A program made the translations under genes and the position numbers. The notes beneath the pieces are model-generated. The model did not search any database, had not been told where the DNA came from, and saw only the letters and a list, made by a program, of their open reading frames with translations. Shown piece by piece: positions 54,971 to 64,000 of a stretch of DNA of 64,000 bases (positions are counted from its first letter, which is position 1; the number at the start of each line of letters is the position of its first letter). Source of the stretch: Oopsacas minuta (Eukaryota > Animalia > Porifera); assembly GCA_024704765.1 (NCBI GenBank), contig JAKMXF010000306.1, positions 62,001 to 126,000 on the forward strand. The letters are read 5' to 3'.

Positions 54971-56358
54971 AGCAGCCGATTGAGCAGCCCGATTCAAATC
55001 CCCACTAAAACACCTTGTTCTCAAAGAGTATGCATTCTATTTTGAAAAGAACCATACCAGTGTAAAGAAGAAAGTTGGTACATTTCATATCATCACTCAT
55101 AATCACCAAATTTTACATGATGAGTAAGTAATTTTGCATTACATTTGTTGTAGAGCTGTTTTATTAATATCTCCCAGAATAATTGTGATAACAACTTATC
55201 ATTTTGATCATATTTATATCTCAGTTGGTGCATTGTGGATGCCCAATTTGAAATTATAATGATTATTTTTAAAAAGTTATGAACGCCCGAACTTTACATA
55301 GGAATCACATAGATGACTTGTTTTTCTAGATAATTTGTATACTTTGTAGCTATGTATTGATTACTTGAATATTCTTAGTGTAAATTTACTTACCATAACT
55401 AAATTCTCGAGGTCAAATGTATTCCTTCTCAATTTTAGGACCAGTTATGTCAGTTTAGATTTTTGAACTTTGTATTAAATTAAGAATGTAAATATCAATC
55501 AACAAGCATTTGTAACACTGTAATTGATTTATTTCGTTTCTCACGACTTTAATACTTTTGATAATCTTCAACTTTATTTTATTTCAACTTCATTCTTCCA
55601 CAAATTTCTTCATTACAACAGCCTACTAAATTTCATTTCAATTCAATCATATGAGTATCTTCTTAATCCATTTTGTATTGTTACACAGTCAACTCCCGGC
55701 TAAAATTAGATATTTTGAATTCGAAATCAAATTTGAGGCCTGGAGATTTCATTAGAGTATTATATCTCGGTATAACTAGTAGAATTTCTGCTTTCAATTT
55801 TGCTTTTCATCCCAGAGCTGATAATTTTTTTAAGGTCGTAAGCGAATAAGAAATATTTCGGAAGAAAAATGTAGTGAAGAGTGGTCCAGGAAAAAGAAAC
55901 AGTATTGTGGCTATTTGAGGTCGTAAACATATGAATTTCCTCAATTTAATAAAGATAAAACTGTAATATAAGATAAATTAATCCCTATTAAGCGTCAGAA
56001 GTTGTCTACGTTATGTAAGATTTGCAAATCACCAGATATTAAGACTGCGTCAATTATTACTGATGAAGAATTGGGAGAGTCAAGTATAATACGATATATT
56101 ATATCCAGCTTTCGCCCACCACACATTGATGACAAATTGTACCTGTAAGAAATGGAAACTACATTATAGTAATCAGTTTGTCTATTCTTTAGATAATTTA
56201 ATTGATAATGGTGAATCATTATATATGTATAATCCCGAGACAACAGAAACGTTATCAAGTGATGGAAACTGTTATTTTTCTAAAATTTCTTATCTGATAA
56301 CAGATAGTAAAACCTATCATAAAGAATTACGTGCAATTATCGTTGAAGATATGCTTGG
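54971..56358 (+). repeat. Left arm of a 1388-bp inverted repeat
   Basis: Reverse complement of 57287-58674; ORFs 55995-56258(-) and 57387-57650(+) are identical. Confidence 0.95.
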
Positions 56359-56670
56359 TAAATTAAGTGCGAGTTGTAATGCGTTTTTCCGTACTAAGTA
56401 TGTTTATGCTCAAGGTAATTTTAGGAATATTCAGGATTCGGTGAATATAATCAGGATGAATAAGTTTGGGAAATGGGCTACTTACTTAGAGGTATTGCAA
56501 CTCCTTTGTTATTTCATATAGATATTTGGGTGTTTTTGAGTCCTACTGAAACTCGTTGTGCTGGGCTTTCAGGTAATCGATCAAGTTTTGATTAATTATT
56601 AAAGGAGCCAACTTCAAATGGTTTATATACTCATAATTTAGGTAATCATTACCAGCCCGTACTATCTCAA
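56090..56670 (+). pseudogene. OTU-family cysteine protease (deubiquitinase-like) domain, decayed, probably TE-borne
   Basis: SSDGNCYFSKISYLIT..KTYHKELR (catalytic Cys, 56261-56272), GKWATYLEV, IDIWVF (frameshifted) and GNHYQPV (catalytic His, 56641-56661). Confidence 0.7.
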
Positions 56671-57286
56671 ATTAATTATTGAAAGCAACCTATACATTGG
56701 TTCCAATTTATGGCAGCGAAAATTACATATTTAGCAACAAGATTATTAGTGAAACAAAAAATATATTATCTATTTTTGGAGCATTCATTTGAGACCCATC
56801 TCCTGGAGTTAACACTCGATTCTCCCACTATTCTTTCATTTACAATTACAAATCGAAGTGTTGATCGTCTCTTCAAATCTTATCTGGTCAAGACATTTGT
56901 TACTCTTCCTTATATAGCAGTAAAGATTTTGAATAAATAGTACCACTTGTTTCAGGATTGACTGTTCTAATATACATTAGAAATTCGATTAGTATTTCTC
57001 ATTACTTCATCAATCAGTTCAATACAGAAAAGATAGACAGACAAACTATAATATCTGGTTAATTAGTATTTTGTAATACTTTTCGATTCGTGTACTCATT
57101 CTATTTAAAAACTAATGTTTTGTATAAAGTATGATAACTTTCATTACAATAGTGTCGTGTTATTTAGGAGATTTCCAATATCTTCTAATTAATATCTAGA
57201 AATCACAATAGAAATGAAACACTAGTTAACAAATATATTAAATACTTACCATAATTAGCGTACACTGTAATGTAATACCGAAATAG

Positions 57287-58674
57287 CCAAGCATGTCTTC
57301 AACGATAATTGCACGTAATTCTTTATGATAGGTTTTACTATCTGTTATCAGATAAGAAATTTTAGAAAAATAACAGTTTCCATCACTTGATAACGTTTCT
57401 GTTGTCTCGGGATTATACATATATAATGATTCACCATTATCAATTAAATTATCTAAAGAATAGACAAACTGATTACTATAATGTAGTTTCCATTTCTTAC
57501 AGGTACAATTTGTCATCAATGTGTGGTGGGCGAAAGCTGGATATAATATATCGTATTATACTTGACTCTCCCAATTCTTCATCAGTAATAATTGACGCAG
57601 TCTTAATATCTGGTGATTTGCAAATCTTACATAACGTAGACAACTTCTGACGCTTAATAGGGATTAATTTATCTTATATTACAGTTTTATCTTTATTAAA
57701 TTGAGGAAATTCATATGTTTACGACCTCAAATAGCCACAATACTGTTTCTTTTTCCTGGACCACTCTTCACTACATTTTTCTTCCGAAATATTTCTTATT
57801 CGCTTACGACCTTAAAAAAATTATCAGCTCTGGGATGAAAAGCAAAATTGAAAGCAGAAATTCTACTAGTTATACCGAGATATAATACTCTAATGAAATC
57901 TCCAGGCCTCAAATTTGATTTCGAATTCAAAATATCTAATTTTAGCCGGGAGTTGACTGTGTAACAATACAAAATGGATTAAGAAGATACTCATATGATT
58001 GAATTGAAATGAAATTTAGTAGGCTGTTGTAATGAAGAAATTTGTGGAAGAATGAAGTTGAAATAAAATAAAGTTGAAGATTATCAAAAGTATTAAAGTC
58101 GTGAGAAACGAAATAAATCAATTACAGTGTTACAAATGCTTGTTGATTGATATTTACATTCTTAATTTAATACAAAGTTCAAAAATCTAAACTGACATAA
58201 CTGGTCCTAAAATTGAGAAGGAATACATTTGACCTCGAGAATTTAGTTATGGTAAGTAAATTTACACTAAGAATATTCAAGTAATCAATACATAGCTACA
58301 AAGTATACAAATTATCTAGAAAAACAAGTCATCTATGTGATTCCTATGTAAAGTTCGGGCGTTCATAACTTTTTAAAAATAATCATTATAATTTCAAATT
58401 GGGCATCCACAATGCACCAACTGAGATATAAATATGATCAAAATGATAAGTTGTTATCACAATTATTCTGGGAGATATTAATAAAACAGCTCTACAACAA
58501 ATGTAATGCAAAATTACTTACTCATCATGTAAAATTTGGTGATTATGAGTGATGATATGAAATGTACCAACTTTCTTCTTTACACTGGTATGGTTCTTTT
58601 CAAAATAGAATGCATACTCTTTGAGAACAAGGTGTTTTAGTGGGGATTTGAATCGGGCTGCTCAATCGGCTGCT
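57287..58674 (-). repeat. Right arm of the 1388-bp inverted repeat
   Basis: Same length as the left arm; one mismatch seen by eye (56350 T vs 57295). Confidence 0.95.
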
Positions 58675-59336
58675 GAGATAATACTCATTCGAAGGTACCC
58701 CAAATAGGAGGGAAATATTTCGTAAAATTCAGCGAAACTGTTAAATGCCAAAATTTTGCTGTTTACCTGTTAGCTGTTTCCATACCTCCAAATTTCTAAT
58801 GAGTAATCCATGATATTGATTTTCATTAACCCCTGACAAGCCCTTCAGTTGCATTACAAAGTGGAAGGAAAATCGACACATAATTCAATAGAAATATTGA
58901 ATAGTAATAATTACAGTATTACTCATTCCACAAAATCTCCTATTTAACAACTATAGCAAGCACCAAATTCCACTGTATAGATTCAGGTATCTACTTCATT
59001 TCAAATATCACAGGGCAGATTACAGTCGAGAGGGCACAATCCATAGCGCCTTGAATAGTCCGGTATAGCATATATTACGCCAAATACGTATAGTCCGACC
59101 GGATTATCTATAGGGCCATATATGGTCCGAGAGGGATAATAGATGGCTGTAGGGACCATCCATGGCGCCGAATATGGTCGGGCAGGACATGTGGGGGACC
59201 AACTATTACAAAACAACAAAAGTATGAAATTCATATGCATAAGAATCCTAAATAATCAAATTTATCTGGAAAATCCTTATTTTGTGATCCGTCATTCTAT
59301 CGCTTAGGTGTGCAATGCAAAATCTAGGAATAATTG

Positions 59337-59712
59337 CAGTTGAAATCGGGTTATTTAGACACCAGGTTAATTTGTCCCATCTGGTTATTTGTAGTCAGTG
59401 TATATTTTGTCTAGTCATTATTCCAATATTCAATAATCGCATTGTTTTTCTCTTTGGCTCGGGTTAGTTTGTCTTATCGAGTTTTTTTGTCAATTTGAGG
59501 GTGTAAACTATCGACTATGTGTACTTTAGTTTTGTCTTATAGTAGGTATTAGTGATTATTCAAAATTCCCGGTTAGTAGATGCCCTAGTTAATGCTATAC
59601 TAGCAGCATAATGTGTAGCCTTTGTGTTTATTGTCAATTAGGTATTTAGCATATTGTGTTAATTTGTCGTTTTGGAAGTGAAATCAAATAGAAAATAACC
59701 CGATTTGAACTG
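59337..59712. mobile_element. Tc1/mariner-type MITE
   Basis: CAGTTGAAATCGGGTTATTT / AAATAACCCGATTTGAACTG TIRs; TA on the right flank. Confidence 0.7.
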
Positions 59713-60409
59713 TATATTATTGTCCATAAAAGGGTGACAGGATTAAGTTGCAATGGTTGGTAGAATTACACTTTTAAATAGGGCATAGGGAAGATCGTAC
59801 GATCCAGATCTATATCCTTATTAAGGATCGGAAGAGGATCGTCGATCCATTTGAAATAGTAGGATCATGACCGCGATCGGATCGATAATTTTCTTTTTTT
59901 CTTTGATATCGAATAACACAGCCAAGAGCGTTGAGTTTTAGCCGTGGAAAGTTTGTGGACACGAGTAAAACATGAAGACGAACAGCGGCGTGTAAAACTA
60001 TTCGTGCCAAAAACTGCACTACGCGGGTTGAAATTCTGCTTTTTCTTAGTGGAGGCTGCCTCTTACGGCCCAGTATTCGCGCATTGGTTCGTCTATCTTC
60101 TACCACAAACGAATATAATTGACGTATTGATTTAAATCTTTGCAAAATTCAGCCTCTGCGACTAGAGCGCTAGCGCTAAAGTGTTCAAACCAAGATTCCT
60201 CTGTCATATCTGTAAGCATGAACTCACCAATGTGAATTGTTCAAGTGGCTGAGAATGAGATTCACCTCGAGCGTTAGGTTGAAAAGTGCGAATATCTTGT
60301 CCAACAAAGGCATCTTGGAGAGCATCGCCTTCAAGTACATATCGCAATTTTGACCAATTCTTTGGGAGTAAAATAATTCAAACGCCCTAAAATACCTCGA
60401 TTGACACAG

Positions 60410-61145
60410 AAAATGAAGGATGAACACCTCCAGTTCGCTAAAGATCACATAAATTGGACAATTGGTGACTGAAAAAAGGTGTTATGGTCAGATGAATCAC
60501 CTTTCCAAGTATTCTCCACGCCAAATTGTCAAAACGATCGTATCTGGACTTGGAATTCAAATAACATTGAACCTATCGTTCAAATGAAATTTCCCGCAAA
60601 ATCCAAGTCTGAGGTATGATGTCCCACAGGCTCTCTCAGAATTACATATCATTCCTCCGAAATAAACGCTAAATGGAGCCTACTATCGAGATATTGTATT
60701 AGACAAGACGTGTAGTGATACTGCAACAGAATTGTAAATACAGGTTCGATTTTGGAGAGATCAATGCTTGCTGACATGTCTGATTTCCTATTCATGCAGG
60801 ATGGTGCCCCTCCTCACACTGCGAATTTGACAAAGAGATGGTGTGTAGATAGAATACTTTCCTCTTTTTTGGAGGAAGGTTGAGTGGCCGGGTAACTCAC
60901 CAGATTTAAACACGATTGAAAACCTCTGGTCAATATTGAAAGATCGTGTTGGACAAATGGCAAATGCTACTAAGCTGGAAGACGTAATTCTACAAGTCAA
61001 ATCCGCATGGGCTGTCATAGACCCTGATATTCTAGAAAATTTAGTTTGTAGTATGCCAGCTAGGATACAACTTGTATCAGATAGGAATGGTGATTATAGT
61101 GGCAAATATTTGAAACAAATACTCGATCTATTTACATTTTACTGA
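60410..61145 (+). pseudogene. Tc1-family transposase relic (spacing about DD37E, TRT-like)
   Basis: LQFAKDHINWT..WKKVLWSDES, FMQDGAPPH, WPGNSPDLNTIENLWSILK, SMPARIQLV; a frameshift makes the D-E spacing approximate. Confidence 0.8.
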
Positions 61146-61549
61146 CCAGCCAAGACATATGATACACCTTGTAGTTACACCTGGCACAATTGTCAATGGT
61201 ATAGAATATTATACTAATTTTGAAACCCCAACATCAAGTATTCCAGTAATTCTGGAGAATCTAATTAGAGAAATTGAATCAGATAATTTAATTCCTGAGA
61301 AACAAATTTTCATGGAACGACTATCTAGTAGTCCATCTATAGTGCCAAATATAAATCCAACCAATTCAACTAACTTACTCTGTGCTGTATGTGAGAATGG
61401 AACAAGTGGAGTACACTCTTGCGGAATTCTACAAGGGGAAGAGGGTTTTGGGAGCTCAATGTGGTGTCAAGGTTTTTTCTTAAAGAAAAGAGTACAAATA
61501 TCCATCATTTAAGAAAAGGATTTTAAAATATCAAGAAACACTACATGAT

Positions 61550-61925
61550 CATGTGCTAAAGTCAAGTGGGAGATTTCAAACCGGCTGAAATCCGTGACAC
61601 TGTGCGTGTATCCATTTCTCAACCTGATAAGATGATTTCGATTGGACCACGCAATCTTATGAGTCATATCATTGACGCACAGGACTCAGTTTATATTATA
61701 TCGCATGGCATAACTTCCTCTGGATATGCAAGGAATCAGTGCAAATGAGTTTTACTATATTTCTATAGTTAGTTAAACGGAAGCAATGCAAAGTGCTTCT
61801 CTGGTCCTCAATGATTCAGTATGTAGAAGTAAGCACTGTAAAACACTAAGGTGCCCTTGTAAGAAATCAGGTAGAAGTTGCAACTCTAAATGCCATAAGG
61901 GTCAAACTTGATTTAACAAGTTCGC
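61550..61925 (+). pseudogene. C-terminal relic of a KRBA2-like / Ginger2-type integrase-transposase
   Basis: DTVRVSI..PD...GPRN, GYARNQ and Cys-rich tail C.SKHCKTLRCPCKKSGRSCNSKCH. Confidence 0.55.
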
Positions 61926-64000
61926 ATAACATACTAGTAGGAGAGAGCACAGTCATTGCATATAGCACAAATCATCACAAAATATTTTTTTGAACTTTCA
62001 AATTATCAAATCATTATTTTATAACAAGAATAAAATAAATATTTCTTGCTCAGTCTCAAAAATTATTCTAATTTGGATAACAAGCACAGTTGGCTACATG
62101 AACACTTCGCTACACGAGTTGTCGAGTAGATTATAGATAATTTAGTGTATTGAACAATTTGGAATTAATTGTGTGGTAATGGTAGACAGACTTAACTGTT
62201 GTAACGTATCTTGATATGAACTAGAGTCTAGTTCATTTCTACTTCATATCAATATAGTCTAGTTACTAGACCATCCTTATAGTAGTGTAGTAAGTAGTCT
62301 TAATTGTTTTTTTAAACAATTTGCTTAAGATAACTACGAAAAGTAGAACTCTGGTAAGGCAGTACCCCCTAGGGAAACAAAATTTTCAGTACTATTTGAG
62401 TGTACCTCTTATTCAAATATGTATTGAATTAGAATGGATGAGAACAAATTTTTGGACGAAAGAAGAACGTATTGACAGAGTTTACGTCTTACCCTAGTTC
62501 TACTGTATTAAATATTTTTAGTTCGTGATTCCAACTTCAGCCAATATTTCGGTTTTAGGAGAAAAAATATACCCACAAATGTACAGGAGCTCTAGACAGG
62601 ATGTAGCAATCTGTTTTCAAAACCTACCTACCTCCCTACATACATATTGTATTTTCGGAAACGAGCCTGGCAACAACAAAATATAGGTGTGAATTTATGA
62701 CTTTTACGAAGCTATCAATTGCATTAATAGCTAAAGGTATATAGCTATGGCAACCACAAGTGTAAACCTTCGGAGAACACGATTATTCGCAAGCCACGTG
62801 GCCAAGCAAGCAACCCTTGCTTGTTTATATGAAGCTTGTAGCTAACTGTTAGGGTAGCGAAGCATTACTCGACAAATCATTTTGCTTCGAGGTTTGAAAG
62901 TTGCCTGAGAGTACTTTATCAATGCAACCTCGATTATCCGAACTCGTTGGGACTGGTTAAAAGCGTTTGCTAATCGAGAAAGTAATAGTTTGAGGATTTT
63001 GGTGACCATCACTACCAAACCACCTAATTTGCCGAGCACTGTAGTGAAGTGTCCATATTTCGTCATGATAGCATCTAATTTCTCCTCCAGGCTTCAGGGC
63101 TTTTATATATTGCGAGCCACATAAATTGATAGTCTACACCAATATATTAGCAAGGTTGCAACCGAATAATAATTGGCGAATAGTTCATTTTTCGGTTGCC
63201 AAACGAATGTCAGTATCTGGTTAGATTGCAATTTATAATTACTGATAATCGGTTCAATCGGTTTCAACCTTGCAAATTCATAATATATGTGGGCACAAGT
63301 ACATGTATAACAATGATTCCGAAGTGTTTCAGTCAAGGAATTATGGTTAATTTATTTGAAAAGAAAATCCCAGATGACTATAATAGAATGTTGACCATTT
63401 ATGAGCTGAACAATTATGGAACAATTGTTCAAAAACATTTATTACCAAATAGATACGTATTAAACAAACATTAAACTCGGTTTCTACTATCGCTCTTTTC
63501 TGAACATATGATGAAGTAGAGTTAAAATACAAAGATAACTACGTATTTTTCCCCAATGTTTGATTGAGATTCTGGACTGAATAAAAATCTAATTACGCAT
63601 ATTACTGAATTGTTGTGGAAAGTTAAGATATATATCCTATAGATACTCACCCCCTCCGTGTCTCCTAGAGTTATGTAAATTTTTGGATGAAATTTTATTA
63701 CCTTAACTTCATGGGTCACAAATATAGACAAATAATTTTCAGATTCGAAGTCTCACTTTTTAGGCTGTCTTTTTAATAGAGAAGCGATCTTCTCATCAAG
63801 ACAAAAAATGATAGGTAAAAGTTTATATAATTATTCACAATTATGTTTTGTATAACGTCTAACACTACCGATTGATATTCATTTCATGTAAATCTGATGA
63901 CTACAAGTAAGACAAATTAGTGATTGAACTGACCCTGGTCGAATTTCCTGCTAAATTCACACTTGTCTCGGCTTGACATTTTTATTTCTCACTACATTTA

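Noticed and set aside
54971-58674. Intact Polinton/Maverick or virus with long TIRs
   Set aside because: Only 3.7 kb in total, with no polymerase, integrase, ATPase or capsid, and no 6-bp TSD.

Overview
AT-rich eukaryotic (metazoan-like) genomic DNA with two host genes and a dense load of DNA transposon relics. The host genes lie head-to-head: an intronless Rab11-like GTPase (357-980, -) and an MRCK/CDC42BP-family kinase (+). The kinase has only three coding exons (2877-3242, 23063-23340, 32351-36392; 1561 aa), separated by 19.8-kb and 9.0-kb introns filled with nested transposons. The most notable object is a 3308-bp RAG1-like/Transib-lineage transposon (8957-12264) in kinase intron 1. It has a perfect RSS heptamer CACAGTG at one end, CACAGGG at the other, a perfect 5-bp TSD (GGACT), and a decayed ~680-aa transposase retaining the RAG1-type DDE triad, Zn ligands and an NBD-like region, but no room for RAG2L. 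It interrupts a hAT transposase, and an uninterrupted paralogue at 40.1 kb shows the empty site. The distal 28 kb has no recognisable host gene. It holds maT, hAT, Mutator/Kolobok-like, Merlin, Chapaev3, Tc1 and KRBA2/Ginger-like relics, plus a 1388-bp near-perfect inverted duplication (54971-56358 / 57287-58674) overlapping an OTU protease pseudogene. The intron-poor, TE-rich style would fit a non-bilaterian animal such as a glass sponge, but that is inference only. All family assignments are by motif recognition; no database search was run.
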